Shown piece by piece: positions 1 through 9,747 of a stretch of DNA of 64,000 nt. The notes under the pieces are model-generated. The model did not search any database, was not told the origin of the DNA, and saw only the letters and a program-made list of their open reading frames with translations. The position numbers and the translations under genes were made by a program. Source of the DNA: Pseudomonadales bacterium (GTDB taxonomy: Bacteria; Pseudomonadota; Gammaproteobacteria; Pseudomonadales; Azotimanducaceae); the NCBI GenBank assembly GCA_021295895.1, contig JAGWBM010000029.1, positions 25,857 through 89,856 of the forward strand, in the 5' to 3' direction. How positions within the stretch are numbered: the stretch's first letter is position 1; the number at the start of each line of letters is the position of its first letter.

Positions 1-684
1 CATCAACGTGGCCCCGCGGTACCAAGGCATGTTGTCGGACGGATGGACGACGTTGTCTCCGTGAAGTGCGGAAATCGGTATGAATTGCAGTTCCCCAACG
101 GCAAGTCGGGAGGCGAAGTCGAGGAAGTCGTTGCGGATCTCGTCGAATACCCGCTCGGCGTAGGCCACCTCGTCCATCTTGTTGACCGCGGCGATCAAGT
201 GGCGAATTCCGAGCAGGCGCGCGATGAACGAGTGGCGCCGGGTCTGGGGAAGTACGCCGTTGCGCGCATCGATGAGAATCACCGCGACGTCGCAGGTCGA
301 CGCGCCGGTTGCCATGTTGCGGGTGTACTGCTCGTGACCGGGCGTGTCGGCGATGATGAACTTGCGTTTGGCCGTGGAGAAATACCGGTAAGCAACGTCG
401 ATCGTGATCCCTTGCTCCCGCTCCGCCTGAAGGCCATCCACCAGGAGCGCCAGGTCCACGCCGTCGCGTTGCGTGCCGGTGGTCTTGCTGTCCCGGCGGA
501 TGGCGTCGAGTTGATCCTCGTAGATCAATTCGGAATCGTGCAGCAGCCGCCCGATCAGCGTGCTCTTGCCGTCGTCGACACTGCCGCAGGTGAGAAAGCG
601 CAGGATTCCCTTGCGCTCGTGCTGCCTCAGGTAGTCGCGGATGTCGCCGCCGCTTTCGGCCAGTTGCGACCCGGTGCTCGCCAT
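1..684 (-). CDS. cysN: sulfate adenylyltransferase subunit 1 (CysN/CysNC), runs off window start
   Basis: Minus-strand ATG at 684 overlaps the cysD stop; reads [51 protein letters not shown], the CysN G1 motif. Confidence 0.93.
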   Translation of the reverse strand, partial: MASTGSQLAESGGDIRDYLRQHERKGILRFLTCGSVDDGKSTLIGRLLHDSELIYEDQLDAIRRDSKTTGTQRDGVDLALLVDGLQAEREQGITIDVAYRYFSTAKRKFIIADTPGHEQYTRNMATGASTCDVAVILIDARNGVLPQTRRHSFIARLLGIRHLIAAVNKMDEVAYAERVFDEIRNDFLDFASRLAVGELQFIPISALHGDNVVHPSDNMPWYRGATLM

Positions 685-1592
685 CAGAAGTACCCTTCGC
701 GCTTCTTCTGCTCCATCGACCCCGACACGTCGTGATCGATGAGCCGTCCCTGGCGCTCCGAGTGCGTGGCCAGGAGCATTTCCTGGATGATCTCCGGCAA
801 TGTTGACGCCGTCGACTCGATGGCGCCGGAGAGCGGATAGCAGCCCAAGGTGCGGAACCGCACCGAGCGCATCTCGGGCGCTTCGTCCTCCGCGAGGGGT
901 ATTCGGTCGTCATCCACCATGATGAGCATCCCGTCGCGTTCCACAATGGGGCGCTCGGTCGCGAAATACAGCGGCACGATGTCGATGCCTTCCTGGTAGA
1001 TGTACTGCCAGACGTCGAGTTCGGTCCAGTTCGAGAGCGGGAACACCCGGACCTCCTCGCCCGGATTGATGTTGCCGTTGTAGAGATGCCACAACTCCGG
1101 CCGTTGATTCTTCGGATCCCAGCGGTGGTTCGAGTCGCGTAGCGAATAGACCCGTTCCTTGGCCCGGGACTTCTCCTCGTCTCGCCGCGCACCCCCGAAA
1201 CAGGCGTCGAATCCGTGCTCGTCCACGGCGTCGCGAAGCGCTTGGGTCTTCATGATGTCGGTGTACTTCTTGCTGCCGTAGGTAAACGGCGTCACACCGG
1301 CGGCAACGCCTTCCTGGTTCGTGTGGACGATGAGGTCAAGACCCTGCTCCCGGGCGATGCGGTCACGGAAGGCGATCATGTCCTGGAACTTCCACGTCGT
1401 ATCGACATGCAGCAGCGGGAACGGCAGCTTTCCGGGATAGAACGCCTTGCGCGCAAGGTGCAGCAAGACCGACGAGTCCTTGCCGATCGAATAAAGCAGC
1501 ACCGGCCGCTCGAACTCCGCCACCACCTCCCGGAAGATGTGGATGCTCTCGGCCTCGAGTTGCTTCAAGTGGCTTAGGCGTTGGCGCGGCAC
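684..1592 (-). CDS. cysD: sulfate adenylyltransferase subunit 2
   Basis: [32 protein letters not shown] and the C-terminal KKREGYF motifs. Confidence 0.97.
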   Translation of the reverse strand: MPRQRLSHLKQLEAESIHIFREVVAEFERPVLLYSIGKDSSVLLHLARKAFYPGKLPFPLLHVDTTWKFQDMIAFRDRIAREQGLDLIVHTNQEGVAAGVTPFTYGSKKYTDIMKTQALRDAVDEHGFDACFGGARRDEEKSRAKERVYSLRDSNHRWDPKNQRPELWHLYNGNINPGEEVRVFPLSNWTELDVWQYIYQEGIDIVPLYFATERPIVERDGMLIMVDDDRIPLAEDEAPEMRSVRFRTLGCYPLSGAIESTASTLPEIIQEMLLATHSERQGRLIDHDVSGSMEQKKREGYF

Positions 1593-1621
1593 TGGCGTCG
1601 GGTGCGGTTATGGGGTTGGGT

Positions 1622-1627
1622 ATTGTA
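1622..1627 (-). promoter_or_regulatory. putative sigma70 -10 box for cysDN
   Basis: TACAAT on the minus strand in a locally AT-rich stretch about 30 nt upstream of the cysD start. Confidence 0.4.
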
Positions 1628-1817
1628 GTTCTTTACGGGGTGGTTTCTTAGTCGATGGAGTTATAAGCCTGGGTCGGTCAAATCGTCGAACCCGCTGTTC
1701 AAAACCGACTGGGTCCCGGACGCCCGGATTGTTGATATCCGTCGACGGGCCACAGGTCGTTGCAGGCGATTCACAGTCTGTTGCGAGGACTGAACATCGC
1801 CCTTTTCAGTCGCTGAT

Positions 1818-1926
1818 CGTTCGCGTGCCTCCCTGCGGTTGGCCTTGCGTACGGAAATGATGCGGATCGTCGACCCCGTATGGTGTAGGTCACCACGAAC
1901 TCCCGGCCCTCTACCGCACCCAGGAG
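1818..1926 (-). pseudogene. BrnT-like toxin C-terminal remnant with a frameshift
   Basis: LLGAVEGREFVVTYTIRG, then a frame change near 1876, then STIRIISVRKANRREARE; matches the BrnT 'RIISARKA' end; no start or N-terminus. Confidence 0.6.
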
Positions 1927-1935
1927 CCCGTTCGA

Positions 1936-1992
1936 TCAGTTGCAGACGGCACACGAGAGCATGATGTTGCCCATGCCATCCGATCCGCCGGC
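1936..1992 (-). pseudogene. possible HNH endonuclease motif remnant
   Basis: AGGSDGMGNIMLSCAVCN* resembles the HNH GG-x4-N-x4-CxxCN motif; very short. Confidence 0.4.
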
Positions 1993-2068
1993 GCTGTCCA
2001 TCGACCCGATGGGTAGTGCATTCGACAACCTGATCGCGATCATGTGCGCCTCCGGATCGGCAGGCGGA

Positions 2069-3514
2069 TCAGGAAGCATCCCCGGACAATGCCTCTTGAA
2101 GCAACTCGCTGACCCGTCGGGGATTCGCCTTGCCACCGCTGGCTTTCATGGCTTGACCGACGAGGAAACCCAGCACGCGTGTCTTGCCGGATCGTACCTG
2201 CTCGACCTGGGCGGGGTTTGCATCGATCACCCGACGGACGATGGCCGCGATCTCGTCGCTGTCGCTCACTTGCTTGAGGCCGCGGCTCCCGATCAGTTCG
2301 TCGACGTCGCCGCCGTCGTTCCAGAGGGTCTGGAACAAGGACTTTGCGATCTTGCCCGAGATGGAGCCGTCTTCGATCCGCTTGATGAGCTTGCCGAGTT
2401 GCGCTGCGGGAACGGGGACCCTGGTCCAGGCGGCTTCTTCCCGGCGTACGGCGGCGGCGACATCGCCCATGACCCAGTTGGCGGCTGCCTTGGGCTGGCC
2501 GGATGCTGCTGCGGCGGCGTCGAAGTAGGTGGCCGTGTCCGGGTCGACGGTGAGCCAGCGGGCGTCGTAGTCGGTGAGGCCGAGCTCCTCGACGTAGCGT
2601 CGGCGCTTGGCAGTCGGCAGTTCCGGCAGCGTGGCCCGTGCTTCGTCGAGCATCGATTCCGTGACCATCACCGGCAGCAGGTCGGGATCGGGGAAGTAAC
2701 GGTAGTCGTCGGACAGTTCCTTGCCCCGCATCGGTCGGGTCTCGTCGCGTTCGGCGTCGTAGAGGAGCGTCTGGCGTTCGACCCTGCCGCCGGATTCGAG
2801 CACGTCGATCTGCCGTTCGATCTCGAACGCGAGCGCCTTGTCGAGGAATCGGAACGAGTTCAGGTTCTTGATCTCCGTTCGCTCGCCCAGTTCCGTCGAG
2901 CCTCGCTGGCGCACCGAGATGTTGGCGTCGCAACGCATGGAGCCCTCGTTGAGGTTGCCGTCGCAGATTCCCAGGGTTCGAACGAGCGTGTGCAGGGTCC
3001 TGAAATAACGACCGGCTTCTTCCGGGGAGGCGAGTTCGGGTTCGCTGACCACTTCGAGGAGCGGCGTCCCCGCGCGGTTCAGATCGATTCCGGTCTTGCC
3101 TTGGTAGTCTTCGTGGAGCGACTTGCCGGCATCCTCTTCCAGATGGGCACGGGTGAGCCGGATGCGTTTGGTCGAACCGTCCTCGTTTTCGATATCCAGG
3201 TGACCGCCGGTTACGATCGGCTCGTCGAGTTGGCTGATCTGGTAGCCCTTGGGCAGGTCGGGATAGAAATAACTCTTGCGGTCGAAGCGGCACCGTTCGG
3301 CGATGTCGCCCTCGACTGCGAGCCCGAACACGATCGCCATGCGTACTGCCTCGCCGTTCAGCACGGGTAGGACGCCGGGTAGCGCAAGGTCCACGGCGCA
3401 AGCCTGCGTATTGGGTGGCGCGCCGAATGCGGTGGGGGCCCCGGAGAAGATCTTGGTGCGGGTCTTCAGTTGGACATGGGCCTCGAGCCCGATGACGCTT
3501 TCCCAATCGCTCAC
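2069..3514 (-). CDS. gatB: Asp-tRNA(Asn)/Glu-tRNA(Gln) amidotransferase subunit B
   Basis: [44 protein letters not shown] start overlaps the gatA stop. Confidence 0.97.
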   Translation of the reverse strand: MSDWESVIGLEAHVQLKTRTKIFSGAPTAFGAPPNTQACAVDLALPGVLPVLNGEAVRMAIVFGLAVEGDIAERCRFDRKSYFYPDLPKGYQISQLDEPIVTGGHLDIENEDGSTKRIRLTRAHLEEDAGKSLHEDYQGKTGIDLNRAGTPLLEVVSEPELASPEEAGRYFRTLHTLVRTLGICDGNLNEGSMRCDANISVRQRGSTELGERTEIKNLNSFRFLDKALAFEIERQIDVLESGGRVERQTLLYDAERDETRPMRGKELSDDYRYFPDPDLLPVMVTESMLDEARATLPELPTAKRRRYVEELGLTDYDARWLTVDPDTATYFDAAAAASGQPKAAANWVMGDVAAAVRREEAAWTRVPVPAAQLGKLIKRIEDGSISGKIAKSLFQTLWNDGGDVDELIGSRGLKQVSDSDEIAAIVRRVIDANPAQVEQVRSGKTRVLGFLVGQAMKASGGKANPRRVSELLQEALSGDAS

Positions 3515-3592
3515 GATCGCCCCATCGCCGGGCCGGCGCTTTGCATTCGCTGTGCGCCGCCGCCGCTGCCGGCCGAGCCACGGCGCCCCTCC
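3510..3592 (-). repeat. ~80-bp hairpin element, copy 1, forming the gatA 3' extension
   Basis: About 80% identical by eye to 43606-43687 (+). Confidence 0.75.
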
Positions 3593-5070
3593 ATGGAATA
3601 TCTGCCGCCGCTCGTGTCGCTTGCCCGGGCGTTTGTTCCATGGACGGCCGGTGTCCGCTGGTGCCAGTCTGTCTCCCGCTGGAACGACTCGGCGAGGGAG
3701 AGCAGTCGATCTTCGCCGAAGTGCGGGGCGATGATCTGCATCCCGACAGGCAGTCCGTCGACGATCCCGCACGGAATACTCAGTGCCGGCAGGCCGGCCA
3801 GGCTTGCGGGGACGGTGTAAACGTCCTGCGCGTACATGACCGTTGGGTCTTTGGTCTCGTCGGGCGCGACGAGTGCGCCTTTCTCGAACGCCGTGGAAGG
3901 CGTGGAGGGTGCCAGGATCAGGTCGACGGTCTCGAACGCGTCGAGAAAGTCCTGCCGGACCAGGCGGCGCAGCCGCTGCGCCTTGCGGTAGTAGGCATCG
4001 TAGTAACCGATCGACAGGGCATAGGTGCCGGTGAGGATACGGCGCTTCACCTCCGCGCCGAATCCCTCGCTGCGCGATCGCGCGTACAGGTCGTCGAGGT
4101 CGACGGGCGACTCGGCGCGGTGTCCGAAGCGGACGCCGTCGTACCGCGACAGGTTGGTGGACGCCTCCGCGCTCGCGACGACGTAGTACGCGGCCGTCGC
4201 GTAGGCGGTATGTGGCAAGGAGATTTCCAGGCGCCCGTGACCCAGACGCTCGAGGATTGCCGCAGCGTCATCTACGGTTGCGGCGAAGTATTCCCGGGGG
4301 ATTCCTATTCGCAGGCCGGTTCCGTCCGTCTCGTGCGGCGTGGGGCCGACATCCGCGCTGGTGGAGTCGAGCGGATCGTGACCCTCCATGTGTTGCAGCA
4401 GCAGGCGCAGATCCTCGGCCGAACGCGCCATCGGTCCGCCCTGGTCGAGGCTGGACGCGAACGCCACCATCCCGTAGCGCGATACCCGCCCGTAGGTGGG
4501 TTTCAAGCCGCTGATCCCGCACAGAGCGGCGGGTTGCCGAATCGACCCGCCCGTGTCGGTGGCGGTGGCTGCGGGAACCAGACCGGCGGCAACGGCCGCG
4601 GCGGAACCGCCCGACGACCCGCCGGGCACCCGCGTCGCGTCCCAGGGGTTGGATACCGGTCCGAAGTAGCTGTTCTCGTTCGACGAGCCCATGGCGAACT
4701 CGTCCATGTTCGTCTTGCCGAGCATGATCGCGCCGGAATCGCGCAACTTGGTGACCACGGTGGCGTCGTAGGGCGGCACGAACTCGGAGAGCATCCGCGA
4801 TGCGCAGGTGGTACGCACGCCCGCCGTACAGAACACGTCCTTGTGGGCGATCGGGACGCCGACGAGGCCCGTTTGTCCCTGGCAGGCGATGCGCTTGTCG
4901 GCCTCCCCGGCGGCGGCGAGGGCGTCTTCTTCGCAGACGGTAACGAAGCTGTTGAGGTCGCTCGCAGCGATGCGGTCCAAGCGCTCCCGGGCAAGTTCCA
5001 CGGCGCTGGTCGTCTTGGACTTGAGCGCGGCACGAATATCCTCGATCGTCGCGAACCGCCCGACGGTCAT
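3511..5070 (-). CDS. gatA: amidotransferase subunit A, with a repeat-derived C-terminal extension
   Basis: [31 protein letters not shown] amidase signature. Confidence 0.97.
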   Translation of the reverse strand: MTVGRFATIEDIRAALKSKTTSAVELARERLDRIAASDLNSFVTVCEEDALAAAGEADKRIACQGQTGLVGVPIAHKDVFCTAGVRTTCASRMLSEFVPPYDATVVTKLRDSGAIMLGKTNMDEFAMGSSNENSYFGPVSNPWDATRVPGGSSGGSAAAVAAGLVPAATATDTGGSIRQPAALCGISGLKPTYGRVSRYGMVAFASSLDQGGPMARSAEDLRLLLQHMEGHDPLDSTSADVGPTPHETDGTGLRIGIPREYFAATVDDAAAILERLGHGRLEISLPHTAYATAAYYVVASAEASTNLSRYDGVRFGHRAESPVDLDDLYARSRSEGFGAEVKRRILTGTYALSIGYYDAYYRKAQRLRRLVRQDFLDAFETVDLILAPSTPSTAFEKGALVAPDETKDPTVMYAQDVYTVPASLAGLPALSIPCGIVDGLPVGMQIIAPHFGEDRLLSLAESFQRETDWHQRTPAVHGTNARASDTSGGRYSMEGRRGSAGSGGGAQRMQSAGPAMGRS

Positions 5071-5348
5071 TCCACTACCCGCGGCACGAGATAGAGTCCG
5101 TCGCGGACCTCGGGCGCGGTTTCCTGGAACCGGTTCCGGTCGACGACCTCCGAGACGCGGTCGGGCCTCAAAGGCTGCACGCCGTCCAGGGGATGGTCGA
5201 GGGGTTCCACCGCGTCCGTGTCGGCGGATTGCATGGTGTCGATCAGGTGCACGATCTTCTGAAGATTGTCCTTCAGGAGTTCGCGTTCCTGTGCTTCAAG
5301 CCGCAGCGCGGCAAGGCGCATGAGCTTGTCGATGAGGTCTGCGTCCAC
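5067..5348 (-). CDS. gatC: amidotransferase subunit C
   Basis: 93 aa; LAALRL...LRPDRV...[16 protein letters not shown]; directly upstream of gatA. Confidence 0.93.
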   Translation of the reverse strand: MDADLIDKLMRLAALRLEAQERELLKDNLQKIVHLIDTMQSADTDAVEPLDHPLDGVQPLRPDRVSEVVDRNRFQETAPEVRDGLYLVPRVVE

Positions 5349-5538
5349 GTCGGTCCCGAGGTGTTGCTTACCTGCGCGGGATGTTACGACAACGGCACCG
5401 GGAGATGGTTCCTGTCAATGCCCGCCGGCCGCGGGAACCGGCCGTTGGCTTCTCCACATTGTCTCCCGACTTGCGTGTGCCGCGGCCGCGAGCGCCGTGT
5501 TAGAGTGCCTTATTGCCTCAGTTCGCCGCCAATTCCCG

Positions 5539-6573
5539 ATGCTTAGAAACCTCCGCGGGTTGTTTTCGCGGGACCTGTCCATCGACCTTGGTACCGCCAA
5601 CACGCTGATCTACGCCAAGGAGAAGGGGATCATTCTCGATGAACCTTCGGTCGTGGCCATTCGCGAAGATCGTCGCGAGCGGCGTGTCCTGGCCGTCGGC
5701 TCGGACGCCAAGAGAATGCTCGGGCGGACGCCGATCAACATCAAGGCCATCCGCCCTCTGAAGGACGGCGTGATTGCGGACGACACCTACACGAAGGAAA
5801 TGCTTCGGCGTTTCATCGGCAAGGTGCAGGAGAATGCAATTGTCCGTCCGAGTCCGCGGGTGATCGTCAGCGTGCCTTGTCGTTCGACCCTCCTCGAGCG
5901 CAAGGCGATCCGCGATTCGGCGCTGTCGGCGGGTTCGCGGGACGTGCGCCTCATCGAGGAGCCCATGGCGGCGGCCATCGGGGCGGGACTGCCGGTACAC
6001 GAGGCGGTCGGCACGATGGTCGTGGACATCGGCGGCGGCACCACGGAAATCGCGGTCGTCTCGTTGAGTGGCATCGTGTATTCCGACACGGTGCGCGTTG
6101 GGGGCGACCGGTTCGACGAGAACATTCTCAACTACGTCCGGCGTGCCCAGGGCACCCTGATCGGTGAGGCGATGGCGGAGCACATCAAGTACGAAATCGG
6201 TGTCGCCTACCCGCAGCAGGAGGTCCGCGAGATAAGCGTGCGCGGCCGCAACCTTTCGCTGGGCGTGCCGCGCGAGGTCACCCTGAACAGCAACGACATC
6301 CTCGAAGCGCTGCAGGAACCCTTGGCGACGATCGTGCAGGAGGTCAAGAACGCGTTGGAGCACACCCCGCCTGAACTCGCCGCCGACGTCGCCGAGACTG
6401 GCATCGTGCTGACCGGTGGCGGGGCGTTGCTCAAGGACCTCGACGTGTTGATCGCCGAGGAGACGGGTCTGCCCGTCGTCATCGCCGAGGATCCGCTGAC
6501 CTGCGTCGCACGGGGTGCGGGAAAGGCCGTTGAGGACTTCGCCGGCTACGTCGACCTGCTGTGGACGGAGTAG
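5539..6573 (+). CDS. mreB: rod shape-determining protein MreB
   Basis: [34 protein letters not shown]; start set at [10 protein letters not shown]. Confidence 0.97.
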   Translation: MLRNLRGLFSRDLSIDLGTANTLIYAKEKGIILDEPSVVAIREDRRERRVLAVGSDAKRMLGRTPINIKAIRPLKDGVIADDTYTKEMLRRFIGKVQENAIVRPSPRVIVSVPCRSTLLERKAIRDSALSAGSRDVRLIEEPMAAAIGAGLPVHEAVGTMVVDIGGGTTEIAVVSLSGIVYSDTVRVGGDRFDENILNYVRRAQGTLIGEAMAEHIKYEIGVAYPQQEVREISVRGRNLSLGVPREVTLNSNDILEALQEPLATIVQEVKNALEHTPPELAADVAETGIVLTGGGALLKDLDVLIAEETGLPVVIAEDPLTCVARGAGKAVEDFAGYVDLLWTE

Positions 6574-6694
6574 CCAGTCCACGCCGCGGTTCCTTAGAAT
6601 CCAAGTAGACGCCCGTTCGCGGGGAACGCATTCACCGGGAATACGGGATCGCCGTCGCGGTCGCGAAAATCCGGCCGTCGGTTGAGGGTGTGGC

Positions 6695-7564
6695 ATGGAA
6701 ACGTTGTTCGGAGCGCGTCAAGCCCGGGTTCGTCCGCTGTTGCTTGGGCTGACGTTGGCGTCGTGTGTCCTATTGGGCATCGAAAAGGCGGGAGTTGGCT
6801 GGTTGGTGCCCGTGCGATCCGTGTTGGCGACGACCGTGGTCCCGGTTCAGTACGTCGCGGAGACGCCGTACCTGATGATGAACTACCTGGTCGAGTTCTT
6901 TTCCACACGCGACCGGCTGATGCGTCGAAACGCTGACCTGGAGCGCGACTTGCTGTTGCACAAGGCAGAGACCGCGCGTACCGATGCCATCTTGGCCGAG
7001 AACGACCGCCTACGCGAACTGCTCAACTCCCGGGCTCGACTGCCGGACGACGTAATCATTGCCGAACTCATCGAGGTCATTCCGGACCCGTCGCGTCAGG
7101 AGATCGTCGTCGACAAGGGGGGTGCCCACGGTGTTGCCGTCGGTCAGGCCGTCATCGACTCGACTGGGGTGTTCGGGCAGGTCGTGGAGACCACGCCGCT
7201 CACCAGCCGTGTGCTGTTGGTCACCGACCCGTCCCACGCCATCCCCGTGCAGGTCATGCGCTCCCAGGTGTTCGCGATCGCCTCGGGCGGAGGCAAGGGT
7301 CCCCACCTGTTGGACAACCCCCCGGTTACGACCGACATCGTGGTCGGCGACGACCTCGTGAGCTCCGGACTTGGCCGTCGATTCCCGCGCGACTACCCGG
7401 TCGGGGTGGTCACGCGGGTCGTGAAAGATCCTGCGCAGCAGTATGCGCAGGTGGTTTGGGAACCCAGCGCGGCGCTGGCCCGGTCGCGGACCGTATTGGT
7501 GGTGCTCGGTGAACGCCAAGACGAAGAACAGCAAGCCCTCGCGGTGGCGGAGGCGGAGGGTTGA
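6695..7564 (+). CDS. mreC: rod shape-determining protein MreC
   Basis: TM segment, coiled coil ENDRLRELL, SSGLGRRFPRDYPVG; operon position. Confidence 0.93.
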   Translation: METLFGARQARVRPLLLGLTLASCVLLGIEKAGVGWLVPVRSVLATTVVPVQYVAETPYLMMNYLVEFFSTRDRLMRRNADLERDLLLHKAETARTDAILAENDRLRELLNSRARLPDDVIIAELIEVIPDPSRQEIVVDKGGAHGVAVGQAVIDSTGVFGQVVETTPLTSRVLLVTDPSHAIPVQVMRSQVFAIASGGGKGPHLLDNPPVTTDIVVGDDLVSSGLGRRFPRDYPVGVVTRVVKDPAQQYAQVVWEPSAALARSRTVLVVLGERQDEEQQALAVAEAEG

Positions 7565-8082
7565 ATCCGTTTCGTGGCGGTTGGCTGATCCTCGTCAGCC
7601 TGGTATGTGCCATGGTCCTCGTCGTGGGCCGGGTGGACGCGGCGCCGGATTGGCTGGCTTGGCTCAGGCCGGATTGGGCCGTCGCGGTCATGTTCTATTG
7701 GGGAGTCGCGGCCCCGAGCCGCGTGGGCCCCATGTCCGCATGGGTCGTTGGTTTGTTCTTCGATGTTCTCGTCGCTGGCCCGCTGGGATTGACGGGCATC
7801 TGTCTCGCCTTCGCGACCTACATCGCCAAGCGCTTCGAAGAACGACTGAGCCTCTACACCGTCTGGCAGCAGATGGCAGTGGTGCTCGTCGTCACCGCGA
7901 TCATTCAGGTGATCGAGCGGACGGCCCTGTTCATGCTGGACACCGAGTGGTCGACCTGGGCCGTGCTCGGGACGACGCTGACCACAGCCCTGGTGTACCC
8001 CGTCGTCGCGCTGCTGCTGACCGTTGCCGCACGACGCGTCCAAGTCGAGGGAATGTCGGGACAACTCGGGCGGGCACCGTAG
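7561..8082 (+). CDS. mreD: rod shape-determining protein MreD
   Basis: Hydrophobic; RPDW...YW motif; follows mreC. Confidence 0.9.
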   Translation: MNPFRGGWLILVSLVCAMVLVVGRVDAAPDWLAWLRPDWAVAVMFYWGVAAPSRVGPMSAWVVGLFFDVLVAGPLGLTGICLAFATYIAKRFEERLSLYTVWQQMAVVLVVTAIIQVIERTALFMLDTEWSTWAVLGTTLTTALVYPVVALLLTVAARRVQVEGMSGQLGRAP

Positions 8083-8164
8083 GGCGAGCCTAACGCGCCC
8101 GTCAGGTCGCGAGGTCGCCCGGATCGGGCGCTTCAATACGGTCGACCGCAAGGGTCGCCCCTAC
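8079..8164. repeat. GTAG-REP inverted doublet (degenerate); first GTAG contains the mreD stop
   Basis: GTAGGGCGAGCC... and ...GACCGCAAGGGTCGCCCCTAC. Confidence 0.7.
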
Positions 8165-8238
8165 GCGGTATGATCCGTCGTGGCAGCCCTTGAAGACGGG
8201 CGACTTCGCGGCTGTCGCACCCGAAGGTTGGCGCCAGC

Positions 8239-9747
8239 ATGTCCGAAGAAATCCTTGTCGACGTGAATCCATTCGAGACGCGGGTTGCCTTGGTGGTGGA
8301 CGGTACGCTTCGCGAGATCCACATCGAGCGCCCGGCAGGGCGCAGCTTGCGGGGCAACCTATACCGGGGCAAGGTGGATAGGGTGGTCGGTGGCGTACAG
8401 GCCGCATTCGTCGACATCGGCTTGGGCCGGCCGGGGTTTCTCCACGTTCGGGATCTTCACGGCGTGCGCACCGAGACGGGGTGTTCCCCGCCGGATATCT
8501 TGAAGTTGGTGCGGCCCGGGCAGAGCCTATTGGTGCAGGTCGCCAAGGATCCCCTGAACGGCAAGGGCGTACGCCTTACGACGAATTTGGCTCTCGCGGC
8601 ACGTACCGTCGTGCTTCTCCCCTTGGACACGCATATCAGTGTTGCCACGCGCATCGTGGACGCGGACGAGCGGACTCGGCTCAAAGACCTCGTGACGCGG
8701 GTGCGGGCCGAGGTCGGGACGACAACCGGCTACATCGCGCGAACGGCGAGCCAATCGGCTAGCGAAGATCAGGTTCGAGCCGAGGTCGAGGATCTGGACG
8801 GTTTGTGGAAGCGGGTGTCGCGGCGCTACGGTGAGATAGCCAGTGCAATGGACGCTTCAGGGGAGGGCGCGGGGCGCATGGCCGACGCCTGTCTCGTGCA
8901 CGAGGAAGTGTCCATCCCGACGCGCATCGTGCGCGACCTGGCCGGGCCGAAAACACGCGCGATCGTGGTGAACCACACCGATACCTTCCATCGGCTCGAG
9001 GACTACATCAAACGCTGCCTTGCGGAGCTCGCTGAAGCGGTCACGTGCTACGAAGGACGTACGCCGTTGTTCGAATCACGCGGCTTGGAAGCGGCCATCG
9101 ACCGGGCGCTCGACAAGCGTGTGCCCTTGCCGTCGGGCGGCTTTCTCGTGATCGAGCAGACCGAAGCCATGGCCACCGTCGACGTCAACAGCGGGAGCTT
9201 CGTGGACTCTTCCGACCTGGAGTCCACCGCGTTCACGACCAACCTCGAGGCTGCGCGCGAGATTCCCATGCAACTCCGCTTGCGCAACATCGGCGGCATC
9301 ATCGTCGTGGATTTCATCGACATGGTCGAGGAAGATCATCAACGGGCGGTGACGGACGCGCTCGTCGGCGCCGCGTCGGACGATTCCGCACGATTCCGAG
9401 CGTCGGGGTTTTCCGAACTCGGGTTGGTGGAGATCAGCCGGCGCCGTACCCGCGAGAGCTTGGGCCGACAACTCTGCGATACCTGCGAGACGTGTTCCGG
9501 CCGCGCGTTCACCAAGTCGCCACAGAGCGCCTGCTACGACATCTTCCGCGGGATTCGGAAGCAGGCCGCCTCGGTTCGCGAGGGGGTCTCGGAGTACCTC
9601 GTAAGGGCGAGTCAGCGGGTTGTCGACCGCCTTCTCGACGAAGAGGCACCGTACTTCGCCGCGTTGGAACGCGACGTTGCGCGGCCGATTCGACTTCAGG
9701 TAGAGCCGGGCTACGCGTCCGATCAGTTCGATCTGGTGCCGCGTTGA
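8239..9747 (+). CDS. rng: ribonuclease G
   Basis: GNLYRGKV S1 domain, EAMATVDVNSG, LRLRNIGGIIVVDFIDM. Confidence 0.95.
   Translation: MSEEILVDVNPFETRVALVVDGTLREIHIERPAGRSLRGNLYRGKVDRVVGGVQAAFVDIGLGRPGFLHVRDLHGVRTETGCSPPDILKLVRPGQSLLVQVAKDPLNGKGVRLTTNLALAARTVVLLPLDTHISVATRIVDADERTRLKDLVTRVRAEVGTTTGYIARTASQSASEDQVRAEVEDLDGLWKRVSRRYGEIASAMDASGEGAGRMADACLVHEEVSIPTRIVRDLAGPKTRAIVVNHTDTFHRLEDYIKRCLAELAEAVTCYEGRTPLFESRGLEAAIDRALDKRVPLPSGGFLVIEQTEAMATVDVNSGSFVDSSDLESTAFTTNLEAAREIPMQLRLRNIGGIIVVDFIDMVEEDHQRAVTDALVGAASDDSARFRASGFSELGLVEISRRRTRESLGRQLCDTCETCSGRAFTKSPQSACYDIFRGIRKQAASVREGVSEYLVRASQRVVDRLLDEEAPYFAALERDVARPIRLQVEPGYASDQFDLVPR

Noticed and set aside
43..735. Long antisense ORFs (e.g. 43-735, 1940-3370, 3541-5094, 13616-15013, 38590-40017)
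   Set aside because: They are shadow frames opposite well-supported genes, expected at high GC, and show no recognisable motifs
9045..9743. 1479-aa version of yhdP
   Set aside because: The N-terminal part overlaps rng out of frame and is Arg-rich noise; the TTG at 9744 is the plausible start
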